From assembly GCF_009914755.1 (NCBI RefSeq), contig NC_060941.1: DNA of 64,000 bases; one strand, written 5' to 3'. Below are positions 27,547-41,204 of the stretch, in pieces. Positions within the stretch are counted from its first letter, which is position 1. Each line of letters starts with the position of its first letter. A program made the translations under genes and the position numbers. The notes below the pieces were generated by a model. It ran no database searches. It was given only the letters and a program-made list of their open reading frames with translations, and was not told where the DNA came from. This stretch comes from the human T2T-CHM13v2.0 reference genome, Homo sapiens.

Positions 27547-29167
27547 TGCCCTGACTTGGAGCAGACGGGGCAGTGGCAGCTCTTGAAGTGGGGCATAGGC
27601 CACAGCTGCCCCCATAGGCCTTCAGCCTCTCCGGCTCAACTGGCTCCAAGCAGCATTTTAAACCCACAGGTGTCCACCAGCTTCTGCTCCCACTGTCTGA
27701 GGGACATGGACAGATCTCGAGGGCTCAGCAGGAGAAGGTCTGAGGTCCAAGGGTGGCAGAGGGACCAGGTGGAGGACCGCCACTTCTCCAGCCAATCTCG
27801 GGCCACTCAGTTCCAGGCTGGGCAGCCACAGTGCCCCTCAGGCCAGTGTCCCAGCCAGGCCTGCACCCCCTCCTCCTGAGGGACTCCCCGCCTGCACGGT
27901 CTCCACTGCATTGCATCCCACGGTCCCCACCAATGTCTGTCCGTGGCAGCGATGTCGGGGGTGAACTCATAGGCAGCAGAGGTGTACGCAGCATCCGGTA
28001 GGACCAGCGAGGAGAGGCTGCTATGAGGGAGTCGGGGTGCTGAGGACAAAGTGCCTGCAGGCTGCACACCAAGGCACAGATGCCGACCTACCTGGCAGGT
28101 CCACGTATGGGGGATTTATACCTTCTACATACGTCACTGGACAACTTTCACATGTTCGTAATAAACATGCATTACTTTTGTAACAAGAAAAAACAGCCCG
28201 AATGACATAAAGATGGTCAGATGTCAGGTCACAACCGAAGACCAGGATGTCGCAAAGCCCCTGAGAAGCGGCCGCCAGGTCTATTGTGATGGGTCCACTT
28301 CCTCCAAGACGAGCCATGATCCGAACGAGCCTCCCTCACCCCTCTGCCTGCCGTCTCATCTAAGACCCTCAGACCCTGAGTATTTGGCAGAAACGTGAGC
28401 ACTTCAGAGCAAAAGGACCCAGATGCCAGAGAGGGTAAGAGCCTGCCCTTGGATCCCAGCTCGGCCACACACCTGCCGAGGAAGTCCCTCCTCTTCTCTG
28501 AGCCGCAGGTACACCCATCTATAAAATGCAGTCATTAAATAACTTCCGAGCCTGTTGTGAGACCAGGAACTTTGAAATAAAACCACAAACATCAAAGCAT
28601 CATGAAAGCTGCGGAGAACGGTCCACAACCAGGCGCCCCCATCGTTGCCAAGTGGGGCGGCCACCTGAGACACACACACCTTACTGTAGCCACCAGAACG
28701 CCCAGGGACACTGGGATACAAAGTCACCATACTTATTAGGACCAGGGAAGCCAGGAGTCCTCCCTTACCGAGACACAAGGCAAGTGCCAGGAAGAGATGG
28801 TGAGGGCCTGCCTGGGAAAGATGTAGGTTTTATACTTTGCAAAATACCTTAATTGACGTCCCATTTCTGTGAAGATGCGTAGTGCTGCTCATGGCATCCT
28901 TGCCCCCAGAGCAGTACTTGTATGTGATACTGCCCCCCGTGGGCCCTCCCGCCGCACTCCTGCACAGAGCGAACAGTCACCTGCTGGAGGTCCCCGCTGC
29001 TCACTCGGGAGAAGGTGTGGAGCTGAGGGCACAGGGAGGGACGCATCACCAGAATGAGCCTCGTGGATGGAGGGTGCGGGGGACTGGCCTTGTGCCTGCA
29101 AACTGCCGGGCTGGCTAATGACCCAAACTTTACAGGCCATCCTGGGAGAGAGGCAGAGGGGACTTAC

Positions 29168-29342
29168 CTCTTCCTCGGGCCCACGTGTAGATGCGGCTGG
29201 TCTCAGAGCTTCTGGGCTCTCGCTCTGCCGGTTCCGTGGGCAAAGGTCGGAAGTGGGGGTCATCAGCTCGGCCAGGGGTCTTCAGGGGCAAGATATACTT
29301 GGGGAGCCCTTTGTAGAACCAGGCCCCCGACCTCTTCCAGAC
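29168..29342 (-). CDS. RPH3AL: RPH3AL coding exon, 175 nt (phase 0 to 1), containing the SGAWFY Rab-binding motif
   Basis: Acceptor ctcttcccccactcAG|GTC and donor AGAG|GTaagt. Translates to VWKRSGAWFYKGLPKYILPLKTPGRADDPHFRPLPTEPAEREPRSSETSRIYTWARGR. SGAWF(F/Y) is the rabphilin/Noc2 SHD2 motif. Confidence 0.96.
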
Positions 29343-29554
29343 CTGAGTGGGGGAAGAGAGCTGCTTGGGGCACAGGACGCAGAGGAGCCTCCCCTCCTGC
29401 TCCTTGCCCAGATGACGGGAGGCAGGACGCGGAGAGCTAGGAGCAGAGTGGGAGTGGGAACTCTGGCTCTGCCCTCCCTGGCTGATGGGCTGGGCTGTCA
29501 GTTACCTTCCCAGGACTCAGGACATGAACTCTCCAAACCTTCTTTCTCTCCCTT

Positions 29555-29786
<232 letters not shown>

Positions 29787-31785
29787 TGAAAACCGTCCTC
29801 TGTTACCGTCTGTATCCACCACTCGGATCCTAGAGATTGCCTAGTCAGACCTCTGCCCATCCCCAGTCCTTTCCAGCCCTTGCTGGAAAACTCCTAGTGA
29901 CAGGAAGCCCACAAGCCACCAGGCACTGCTGAGTTTCCACTAGATCTGCCAGTGACTGGCACTTCCTTCCCGCCAGCTGACCTCCCGGGCACCTTCTCTC
30001 GCTGGCCCAAGGCAGAGGGCTGCACGGGACAGACTCTCCCAGCCACAAGTACCTGCAGGCACCTCACCCAGCCCCCAAGCTCTCCTCCCTGCCAGCTGAC
30101 CTCCTGGGCACCTTCTCTTGCTGGCCCAAGGCAGAGAGCTGCATGGGATGGACTCTCCCAGCCACGTGTACCTGCAGACACCTCCTCCTGCCCCCAGCTC
30201 TCCTTGGTGCCATGCCCAGATCCCCAGCTTCTCAAGGACAACACCCTGATTCCTCAGCTGTCCCAAGTCCCCTCTCATCGAGCCACCCCCTCTTGCCATG
30301 TTTGTCACTGCCCCCCGGGAGAGGGGCTCAGAAGTGGCCACAAAGCTCCAGACTTGTTCTGGCTGCCCCCATGGCACAGCCACTGGCTTTCCACCCTCTT
30401 TCCTGCCTCAGTTCTATCCTCCTTGCATCCTGAGCCTCCCAGGAGCCCCTCTTTACCCTATGTAGTCCCCCAGGGACTCTGAGAGCCAGGTGGGTCAGAG
30501 GGGGCCTGCCAGGGCCCAAGCAGGTGTAAAGCATCCCTTTATCACTGCCCTGGGGAAGTGGTGAGAGTCACCCTAAAGCTGGCCAGACAGACACCCCCAA
30601 AGGCTGGCAGAGCCCCAGGAATCCAGGGATGCCCACCCTGAACTCACAGGGTGGGAGGTGCTCTGGGTCTGGGACGCACAGCCCCTTGGGCTCTGAGGGG
30701 TCCCCCTGTTCCTCTAATATCCCCAGCTTGGACACCCAGGCTCCCCACTCCTGCTGTCCCTGGAAGCAAGGCTGAATCAATGGCAGCTTCCACATGCTCG
30801 CTGTGTGGCTTTGAGTGAGTTACTTAACCTCTCTGAGCCTGAGTTTCTTTATTGATTAAATTGATGAAACATGATAGCTGCTGAGAAAGTTGGAAGTACT
30901 CAACAGAGCAAAGGGCACCCAGAAGGTGTTCACAAGATGCCACCTGCCTGCCTCCTTCCTGTCCCTTCCGCTCGAGGCTCCAGGGCGAAGCAACCGAGGC
31001 TGAGGGAGAGCCAGGCTGGACCACATCACAGCCTTGGAAGCTCTTCTCTGAGGACTTCTCAGATGGGACAGCCTCTCCAACAGGAACAGAAAGGACCGCC
31101 TCTTGGAGAGAGCCACTGATTAGAATTCAGAGCAGCTGCTGAGTTAAGGTCCCTAAATTTGTAATGCCTCCTTCAGAAAACACCACATACTGTATAGCCT
31201 CTTTTCTGATGAAGGAAATAAATTCAGGGTATTTAGTCAGGAGGGGTGGGAGCCTGTAAACGAACACTTTGCAAAAACCTCAACTGACATGACCCTTCTC
31301 AGAGAAGGGCAGGCCAAGGTTCCGAGCCGACGTCCTGAATCTGAATCCTGGGTCTGGCACCCAGCATCTGGTGTGATTTGGACACGCTGACCTCCCTGGC
31401 CCTCAGTTTCTTCATCAGTAGGCAAACACAGGAGCAGGGCTTATCTCACCGGGAGGACTTGAGGATCAGGCCCAAGAATGAACGTGAAGCCTCAAGGGCC
31501 AGTGCCAGGCACAGAGCAGCCTCTCCACAGAGGAGAGGCCCATGGGCACCACCGCCACCCCCCTCCTGCCACCTGGCAAACACAAACAGCTTTATCACCA
31601 GTGGGCCAATTCCCTACTGGAAGAATTCAAAACCAGAAGACCAGAATCCACCTGATTCTGAGACATTGCTTCCCACCCCGCAAACTTCCTCTGCATCACA
31701 TTAGTACTGTGGGATACTAACAAGAGTCAAGCCAAAAAAAAAAAAAAAAGGTTTCTAATCACATACTCTTTAAAAGCACTAGGTT

Positions 31786-32886
31786 AAACCAAGCTCCATC
31801 GCTGCGGGACGTCTCAGAGCCTTTACTAAGCTCCATCACTGCGGGACATCTCAGAGCCTTTATTTACTAAGCTCCATCACTGCGGGACCTCTCGGGGCCT
31901 TTACCAAGCTCCGTCGCTGCAGGACCTCTCAGACCCTTTACTAAGCTCCGTCACTGTGGGACCTCTCAGAGCCTTTACTAAGCTCCGTCGCTGCGGGACC
32001 TCTCAGAGCCTTTACTAAGCTCCATCGCTGCAGGACCTCTCAGAGCCTTTACTAAGCTCCATCGCTGCGGGACCTCTCGGAGCCTTTACTAAGGTCCATC
32101 ACTGCGGGACCTCTGGGAGCCTTTACTAAGGTCCATCACTGCGGGACCTCTCAGAGCCTTTACTAAGCTCCATCACTGCGGGACCTCTCGGAGCCTTTAC
32201 TAAGCTCCATCGCTGCGGGACCTCTCAGAGCCTTTACTAAGCTCCATCGCTGCGGGACCTCTCAGAGCCTAAGCTCTGTCGCTGCGGGACCTCTCAGAGC
32301 CTTTACCAAGCTCCGTCGCTGCGGGACCTCTCAGAGCCTTTACCAAGCTCCGTCGCTGCGGGACCTCTCAGAGCCTAAGCTCCGTCGCTGCGGGACCTCT
32401 CAGAGCCTTTACTAAGCTCCGTCACTGCGGGACCTCTCAGAGCCTAAGTGCCATCGCTGTGGGACCTCTCGGGGCCTTTACCAAGCTCCGTCGCTGCAGG
32501 ACCTCTCAGAGCCTTTACTAAGCTCCATCGCTGTGGGAATTCTCAGAGTCTTTACTAAGCTCCCTCGCTGCGGGACCTCTCAGAGCCTTTACTAAGCTCC
32601 ATCGCTGCGGGACCTCTCAGAGCCTTTACCAAGCTCCGCCACTGCGGGACCTCTCAGAGCCTTTACTAAGCTTCATCCCTGTGGGACCTCTCAGAGCCTT
32701 TACCAAGCTCCGCCACTGCGGGACCTCTCAGAGCCTTTACTAAACTCCATCACTGCGGGACCTCTCGGAGCCTTTACCAAGCTCCATCACTGCAGGACCT
32801 CTCAGAGCCTAAGCTCCGTCGCTGTGGGACCTCTCAGAGCCTAAGCGCCATCGCTGCAGGACCTCTCAGAGCCTTTACTAAGCTCA
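31786..32886. repeat. Minisatellite with a 37-bp unit (32-bp variants), about 30 copies
   Basis: Unit ctttactaagctccatcgctgcgggacctctcagagc. Confidence 0.96.
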
Positions 32887-33904
32887 GGTGCACAGGGTTA
32901 TCCCAGAGGGCAAAAGAACACACCGTGCTCTCTACCCGCAATCTGCCTGGATGGTTTTCCTAGAGAAACTAGACCTTAGTAATGGGTCTGCATGGACTCG
33001 GCACTTAACTGGGCAGGGCACCTCCTTATGCTCACAGTGCCAGGCACAGACTGCCACGTCCAGACTAGGTCCCTGGCATGAATCCCTCACTGCCCCTTCC
33101 AGCCACCCTGTGTGAAGGGCCTGCTTTTGTGTCGTTCTTGAACGGCCTGGAACCTGTCTGGTGGGATGGGTGCTTCATGGCACCCGCTTTGGAAAACCCT
33201 TTCTGATCCTCTTGGAGCCTTCCTACAACACGTATTTATTTGAATGGGTAATGCAGGCACATGGTCTAAAAATCCACAAAGTGCAAAAGTAGCCAGTCTC
33301 CTCCCCCATTCCCAGAAGCATCGAAGAAGCTTATTATCTCCACTTTTCAGGTGGGGAAACTGAGGCTCCAACAAGTTCAGCAATTTCCCCAAAGCCAGCA
33401 CACCCCTCTGTTGGCCTCTACTCCACACGGAAGGCCCCAGAGTCTCACCCAACAGTTTACAGATGCAAAGCAGATGCTCACTAAACTGCAGTTGAGTGGT
33501 GAATAAATCCTCAGTGGCTCAGACGTCCGTGTGGACCCTTAGTGTCCTACAGGCAGGACACCAGAGCGGAGAGGACTGCCTGACAGGAGGAAGCAGCAAA
33601 CACACAGCAGCCACCAAGGCCACCCCATCTCTGAAGAGCTGCTGCAAGGCTCATTAGAGCAGGTACCCAAGTCCAAAAGGCCACGGGGGCCATGGGGTGC
33701 CAGCCAAGGGCTCGCTACGCCTCCCTCTGATGAGCGAAAGCTCTGCTCATCCTGCCCTGAGCACGTCACCTCCCTGTCCTCCACCGTGGGCTGGGCCTGG
33801 GGGACCCCAAATGAAGCAGACCCCTAAGAACCATCTGTGAACGGCGGGGCCCGTGCAGGCTTTGAACCGCACGCCACACTGTCTCCCCCACCCGCCTTGG
33901 AAGT

Positions 33905-34219
33905 TTTCTCTTTTTTTTTTACTTTTTTTTTTTTTGAGACAGGGTCTTGCTCTGTCACCCAGGACGGAGTGCAGTGGAGCAATCGGCTCACTGCAGCCTT
34001 CACCTGCCCAGGCTCAGGTGATCCTCCCACCTCACCCTCCCGAGTAGCTGGGACTATAGGTGGTGTGCGCCAATACACCCAGCTAATTTTTGTATTTTTT
34101 GTAGAGATGGGGTTTTACCATGTTACTCAGGCTGGTCTCTAACTCCTGGGCTCAAGCAATCTGCCCACCTCTGCCTCCCAAAGTGCTGGGATTACAAACA
34201 CGAGCCACCACGCCTAGCC
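33905..34219 (-). mobile_element. AluJ-type SINE
   Basis: Poly-T followed by gagacagggtcttgctctgtcacccagg...cctagcc. Confidence 0.9.
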
Positions 34220-34659
34220 TCTCCCTTTTTTTATTTTCCTGAAAAATACATACCTAGCATACAAAATTAGCACAACAAAAAAGTAAAATGAAACTAGGCC
34301 ACCTATAACATCACTGCACAGAGACGCCCTGCCGACCATGGCGGTGTGAATTTTCTTACACCATTGCCTGGGAAAACACACTATTTGTTTTTTGTTTTTT
34401 TGAAAACTAGGCTAATGTAGATGCAACCTGTTCCCACCCTGTCCCCCAACACCTCACTACGCATCAGAGCAGTCGTTCCGAACTCATAACTTCTCCATCA
34501 TCGTTTTTCACTGCTCCACAGTTTGGATTTATTAAACTTAAGTAATCCAGCACCTCACCGAGGGACATTTGTTTCCAATCCTCGTCCTCACGGGCAGCGC
34601 CGCAGCCATCACCCCGCACCCACCCCATCAGCCCAGTGCTCGGTTATTGCCTTAGGAAA

Positions 34660-34863
34660 GACGGGTTGATTTTGCCCTTTTCCAAAATGCTTGGGACAGA
34701 AGTGCTTCAGATTTTGAATTTTTCCGAATTTTAGAATATTTGCATTATACGTAACCAGTTCAGCATCCCAAATCTGAAAATCCAAAATCTGAAATGCTCC
34801 AGTGAGTTTTGGATTTTGGAGCATTTCAGCTTTGGGTTTTCTGATGAATGATACTCAGCCTAT
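34660..34863. mobile_element. Tigger4/MER46-like DNA transposon relic
   Basis: cagcatcccaaatctgaaaatccaaaatctgaaatgctcca with the inverted copy ttttggattttggagcatttcag. Confidence 0.7.
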
Positions 34864-35449
34864 ATTCCACAGAGCGGGACTGCAGGGTCGAGAACTGTGT
34901 GTTTGGATGATGACATAGAGTCAGGCCGCCCTCCAGGAGGAAAAGCCACATTCCCAGGAGGCTACAGTAAGTGTTTTTGGGGTGGGGACCTCGGCTTACA
35001 CTTCCTGGTGGAATCCAAGGCCTCCTCTGTGGACCCTGATCGGGGAAGGTTCCCAGGGAACCACGGTGGGCTTGGGGAGAGGCATCCATCAGGGCATGAG
35101 GCCACCAGAGTGAGGGGCGTGGGGCGAACAATGGAGCTACCCTGCCATCCCTAGGACAGGCCTTGGGGGCTGAGAGTGCTCCCCCACCTCACGCCCAGCC
35201 AGTCAAGGCCCTGTTTAACGGGGAGTGGCCAGGTTGATGCTCAGGGTGACTTGGCAATGTGGCCAAGCCATCTCTGTCGTGAGTCTTCAGGGGAAGAGAC
35301 TAAGACACCCCACAGAGCTGCATTCCCGCACACTGTGGGGCCGAGAACCTCATCTGTGCCAGTGAGTCCTCAGCTCATGGACTTCCGAGCTGCTCCTTTG
35401 CGGCACCGGACCACGGTTTTGGCCTCCGGGTATGCGTGATCCTTTTTTA

Positions 35450-38400
35450 AAAAAATTAAAAATGTTTCCATTGTATTAAAGTATTCATAACATCAAACGT
35501 ATCACCTGAAGTGCAACCCATCTCCAGAACTTGCCAAACTGAAACTCTATAACCACTAAGCAATAGCTCTCCTCTGCCCTGGCCCCTGGCCACCCCAGTC
35601 TGCTGTCTGTCCCTAGGAACGTGACTACCCTACGTACTTCCTATGAGGGGAGCCGCACGGCGTCTGTCCTGTTCCGTCCCTAGGAACGTGACTACCCTAC
35701 GTACTTCCTATGAGGGGAGCCGCACGGCGTCTGTCCTGTTCCATCCCTAGGAATGTGACTACCCTACGTACTTCCTATGAGGGGAGCCGCACGGCGTCTG
35801 TCCTTTTCCATCCCTAGGAACGTGACTACCCAACGTACTTCCTATGAGGGGAGCCGCACGGCGTCTGTCCTTTTCCATCCCTAGGAATGTGACTACCCTA
35901 CGTACTTCCTATGAGGGGAGCCGCACGGCGTCTGTCCTTTTCCATCCCTAGGAACGTGACTACCCTACGTACTTCCTATGAGGGGAGCCGCACGGCGTCT
36001 GTCCTTTTCCATCCCTAGGAACGTGACTACCCTACGTACTTCCTATGAGGGGAGCCGCACGGCGTCTGCCCTTTTCCATCCCTAGGAACGTGACTACCCT
36101 ACGTACTTCCTATGAGGGGAGCCGCACGGCGTCTGTCCTTTTCCGTCCCTAGGAACGTGACTACCCTACGTACTTCCTATGAGGGGAGCCGCACGGCGTC
36201 TGTCCTTTTCCGTCCCTAGGAATGTGACTACCCTACGTACTTCCTATAAGGGGAGTCGCACGGCGTCTGTCCTTTTCCATCCCTAGGAACGTGACTACCC
36301 TACGTACTTCCTATGAGGGGAGTCGCACGGCGTCTGTCCTTTTCCATCCCTAGGAATGTGACTACCCTACGTACTTCCTATGAGGGGAGCTGCACGGCAT
36401 CTGTCCTTTTCCATCCCTAGGAACGTGACTACCCTACGTACTTCCTATGAGGGGAGTCGCACGGCGTCTGTCCTTTTCCATCCCTAGGAATGTGACTACC
36501 CTACGTACTTCCTATGAGGGGAGCCGCACGGCGTCTGTCCTTTTCCATCCCTAGGAACGTGACTACCCTACGCACTTCCTATGAGGGGAGCTGCACGGCA
36601 TCTGTCCTTTTCCATCCCTAGGAATGTGACTACCCTACGTACTTCCTATGAGGGGAGCCGCACGGCGTCTGTCCTTTTCCATCCCTAGGAATGTGACTAC
36701 CCTACGTACTTCCTATGAGGGGAGTCGCACGGCGTCTGTCCTTTTCCATCCCTAGGAATGTGACTACCCTACGTACTTCCTATGAGGGGAGCCGCACGGC
36801 GTCTGTCCTTTTCCATCCCTAGGAACGTGACTACCCTACGTACTTCCTATGAGGGGAGTCGCACGGCTTCTGTCCTTTTCCATCCCTAGGAACGTGACTA
36901 CCCTACGTACTTCCTATAAGGGGAGCTGCACGGTGTCTGTCCTTTTCCGTCCCTAGGAATGTGACTACCCTACGTACTTCCTATGAGGGGAGCCGCACGG
37001 CGTCTGTCCTTTTCCATCCCTAGGAACGTGACTACCCTACGTACTTCCTATAAGGGGAGCCGCACGGCGTCTGTCCTTTTCCATCCCTAGGAACGTGACT
37101 ACCCTACGTACTTCCTATGAGGGGAGCTGCACGGCATCTGTCCTTTTCCATCCCTAGGAACGTGACTACCCTACGTACTTCCTATGAGGGGAGCCGCACG
37201 GCGTCTGTCCTTTTCCGTCCCTAGGAATATGACTACCCTACGTACTTCCTATGAGGGGAGCCGCACGGCGTCTGTCCTTTTCCATCCCTAGGAATGTGAC
37301 TACCCTACGTACTTCCTATGAGGGGAGCCGCACGGCGTCTGTCCTTTTCCATCCCTAGGAACGTGACTACCCTACGTACTTCCTATGAGGGGAGCCGCAC
37401 GGCGTCTGTCCTTTTCCATCCCTAGGAACGTGACTACCCTACGTACTTCCTATAAGGGGAGCTGCACGGTGTCTGTCCTTTTCCATCCCTAGGAACGTGA
37501 CTACCCTACGTACTTCCTATGAGGGGAGCCGCACGGCGTCTGTCCTTTTCCATCCCTAGGAACGTGACTACCCTACGTACTTCCTATGAGGGGAGCCGCA
37601 CGGCGTCTGTCCTTTTCCGTCCCTAGGAACGTGACTACCCTACGTACTTCCTATGAGGGGAGCCGCACGGCGTCTGTCCTTTTCCATCCCTAGGAATGTG
37701 ACTACCCTACGTACTTCCTATGAGGGGAGCCGCACGGCGTCTGTCCTTTTCCATCCCTAGGAACGTGACTACCCTACGTACTTCCTATAAGGGGAGCTGC
37801 ACGGTGTCTGTCCTTTTCCATCCCTAGGAACGTGACTACCCTACGTACTTCCTATGAGGGGAGCCGCACGGCGTCTGTCCTTTTCCATCCCTAGGAACGT
37901 GACTACCCTACGTACTTCCTATAAGGGGAGCTGCACGGTGTCTGTCCTTTTCCATCCCTAGGAATGTGACTACCCTACGTACTTCCTATGAGGGGAGCTG
38001 CACGGTGTCTGTCCTTTTCCATCCCTAGGAACGTGACTACCCTACGTACTTCCTATGAGGGGAGCCGCACGGCGTCTGCCCTTTTCCGTCCCTAGGAATG
38101 TGACTACCCTACGTACTTCCTATGAGGGGAGCCGCACGGCGTCTGTCCTTTTCCATCCCTAGGAACGTGACTACCCTACGTACTTCCTATGAGGGGAGCC
38201 GCACGGCGTCTGTCCTTTTCCATCCCTAGGAACGTGACTACCCTACGTACTTCCTATGAGGGGAGCTGCACGGCGTCTGTCCTTTTCCATCCCTAGGAAT
38301 GTGACTACCCTACGTACTTCCTATGAGGGGAGCCGCACGGCGTCTGTCCTTTTCCATCCCTAGGAACGTGACTACCCTACGTACTTCCTATGAGGGGAGC

Positions 38401-40460
38401 CGCACGGCGTCTGTCCTTTTCCATCCCTAGGAACGTGACTACCCTACGTACTTCCTATGAGGGGAGCTGCACGGCATCTGTCCTTTTCCATCCCTAGGAA
38501 CGTGACTACCCTACGTACTTCCTATGAGGGGAGCCGCACGGCGTCTGTCCTTTTCCGTCCCTAGGAATATGACTACCCTACGTACTTCCTATGAGGGGAG
38601 CCGCACGGCGTCTGTCCTTTTCCATCCCTAGGAATGTGACTACCCTACGTACTTCCTATGAGGGGAGCCGCACGGCGTCTGTCCTTTTCCATCCCTAGGA
38701 ACGTGACTACCCTACGTACTTCCTATGAGGGGAGCCGCACGGCGTCTGTCCTTTTCCATCCCTAGGAACGTGACTACCCTACGTACTTCCTATAAGGGGA
38801 GCTGCACGGTGTCTGTCCTTTTCCATCCCTAGGAACGTGACTACCCTACGTACTTCCTATGAGGGGAGCCGCACGGCGTCTGTCCTTTTCCATCCCTAGG
38901 AACGTGACTACCCTACGTACTTCCTATGAGGGGAGCCGCACGGCGTCTGTCCTTTTCCGTCCCTAGGAACGTGACTACCCTACGTACTTCCTATGAGGGG
39001 AGCCGCACGGCGTCTGTCCTTTTCCATCCCTAGGAATGTGACTACCCTACGTACTTCCTATGAGGGGAGCCGCACGGCGTCTGTCCTTTTCCATCCCTAG
39101 GAACGTGACTACCCTACGTACTTCCTATAAGGGGAGCTGCACGGTGTCTGTCCTTTTCCATCCCTAGGAACGTGACTACCCTACGTACTTCCTATGAGGG
39201 GAGCCGCACGGCGTCTGTCCTTTTCCATCCCTAGGAACGTGACTACCCTACGTACTTCCTATAAGGGGAGCTGCACGGTGTCTGTCCTTTTCCATCCCTA
39301 GGAATGTGACTACCCTACGTACTTCCTATGAGGGGAGCTGCACGGTGTCTGTCCTTTTCCATCCCTAGGAACGTGACTACCCTACGTACTTCCTATGAGG
39401 GGAGCCGCACGGCGTCTGCCCTTTTCCGTCCCTAGGAATGTGACTACCCTACGTACTTCCTATGAGGGGAGCCGCACGGCGTCTGTCCTTTTCCATCCCT
39501 AGGAACGTGACTACCCTACGTACTTCCTATGAGGGGAGCCGCACGGCGTCTGTCCTTTTCCATCCCTAGGAACGTGACTACCCTACGTACTTCCTATGAG
39601 GGGAGCTGCACGGCGTCTGTCCTTTTCCATCCCTAGGAATGTGACTACCCTACGTACTTCCTATGAGGGGAGCCGCACGGCGTCTGTCCTTTTCCATCCC
39701 TAGGAACGTGACTACCCTACGTACTTCCTATGAGGGGAGCCGCACGGCGTCTGTCCTTTTCCATCCCTAGGAATATGACTACCCTACGTACTTCCTATGA
39801 GGGGAGCCGCACGGCGTCTGTCCTTTTCCATCCCTAGGAATGTGACTACCCTACGTACTTCCTATGAGGGGAGCCGCACGGCGTCTGTCCTTTTCCATCC
39901 CTAGGAACGTGACTACCCTACGTACTTCCTATGAGGGGAGCCGCACGGCGTCTGTCCTTTTCCATCCCTAGGAATGTGACTACCCTACGTACTTCCTATG
40001 AGGGGAGCCGCACGGCGTCTGTCCTTTTCCATCCCTAGGAACGTGACTACCCTACGTACTTCCTATGAGGGGAGCCGCACGGCGTCTGTCCTTTTCCATC
40101 CGTAGGAATGTGACTACCCTACGTACTTCCTATGAGGGGAGCCGCACGGCGTCTGTCCTTTTCCATCCCTAGGAACGTGACTACCCTACGTACTTCCTAT
40201 GAGGGGAGTCGCACGGCGTCTGTCCTTTTCCATCCCTAGGAACGTGACTACCCTACGCACTTCCTATGAGGGGAGCTGCACGGCATCTGTCCTTTTTTGG
40301 CTGCTTATTTCCCTCAGCATCACTTCTTCAGGGCTCACGCACGCAGCAACCCGTGTCAGCACGTCCTTCCTTTCTGAGGCTGAGCAATGTTCCCCTGTAC
40401 GGATGGATCACGTTTTGTCGTCTGTTCATAGGTACGTGGGGTGCTTCCCCCTTTTCGCTG
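35450..40460 (-). mobile_element. Old L1MB-like 3'UTR fragment interrupted by the 67-bp minisatellite
   Basis: The flanks (caaactgaaactctataaccactaagcaat...ggcccctggccacc; gcttatttccctcagcat...tccttcctttctgaggctga) match the antisense L1MB 3'UTR and are contiguous through one repeat unit. Confidence 0.75.
35611..40295. repeat. Minisatellite with a 67-bp unit, about 70 copies
   Basis: Unit ccctaggaacgtgactaccctacgtacttcctatgaggggagccgcacggcgtctgtccttttccat. Confidence 0.98.
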
Positions 40461-41034
40461 GTCCTTCTGTTTTCATCTGTCTCCCCCACCAGGCTCCACC
40501 AAACAGGAGGAAGCATCACAGCCGTCTTGCTCACCACTGTTTCTTCAAGCTCCTAGCACACGCCTCACACATCGTAGGTGTTCAGTAAACGCTGGTTGAA
40601 TGACTGTGCTGGCAGCTGCGGGTCGTTTGCTGCAACGTGTCTCAACCTACAGTCTGCCACCTTCCCGGGGAAGAAGCCTGGGTGTTTCACTCAAGTTCCT
40701 GTAATTAATCAAACGGACTTCCTATTTCAGATTAAAAGAGGGATAAAGAGGAAGGGCTTGATGGGGTGTGCTGGTGGGGAGGAAAGCGCAGTGAGCCTCC
40801 CTGACTGCCCAGGGTGCTCCCAGCCTCTCCTCCCCAGCTGCCCTGCCTCCCCTGGCATATCCCAGCCCCCGGCCCGTGCCTCAGCCTTGCCTCCTGCTGC
40901 AAAAATCCGTCTCCCACCCCCACTCCACTCAATTCCTGCTCAGTGACGTTCTTTTGGAAGACAGATGAAGAGCACAGGACCCAAAGCATCAGGTTGGATT
41001 GCCATTGGTACTCAGCCATTTTGGGATAGTCAAC

Positions 41035-41204
41035 CTGTTTTTTTTTTTTTTTTTTTTTGAGACAGGGTCTCACTCTGTTGCCCAGGCTGGAGTGCAATGG
41101 CACGATCATGGCTCACTGCAGCCTTGACACCCTGGGCTCAAGTGATCCTCCCACCTCAACCTCCCGAGTAGCCAGGACCACAGCAACACGCCACCATGCC
41201 CGGC
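41035..41204 (-). mobile_element. Alu right-arm monomer (AluJ/FRAM-like)
   Basis: Poly-T plus right arm, with a TSD-like agtcaacc on both sides. Confidence 0.85.

Noticed and set aside
26809-27615. His/Thr-rich and Cys/Val-rich ORFs
   Set aside because: Translation of the (GT)n/(CA)n low-complexity tract.
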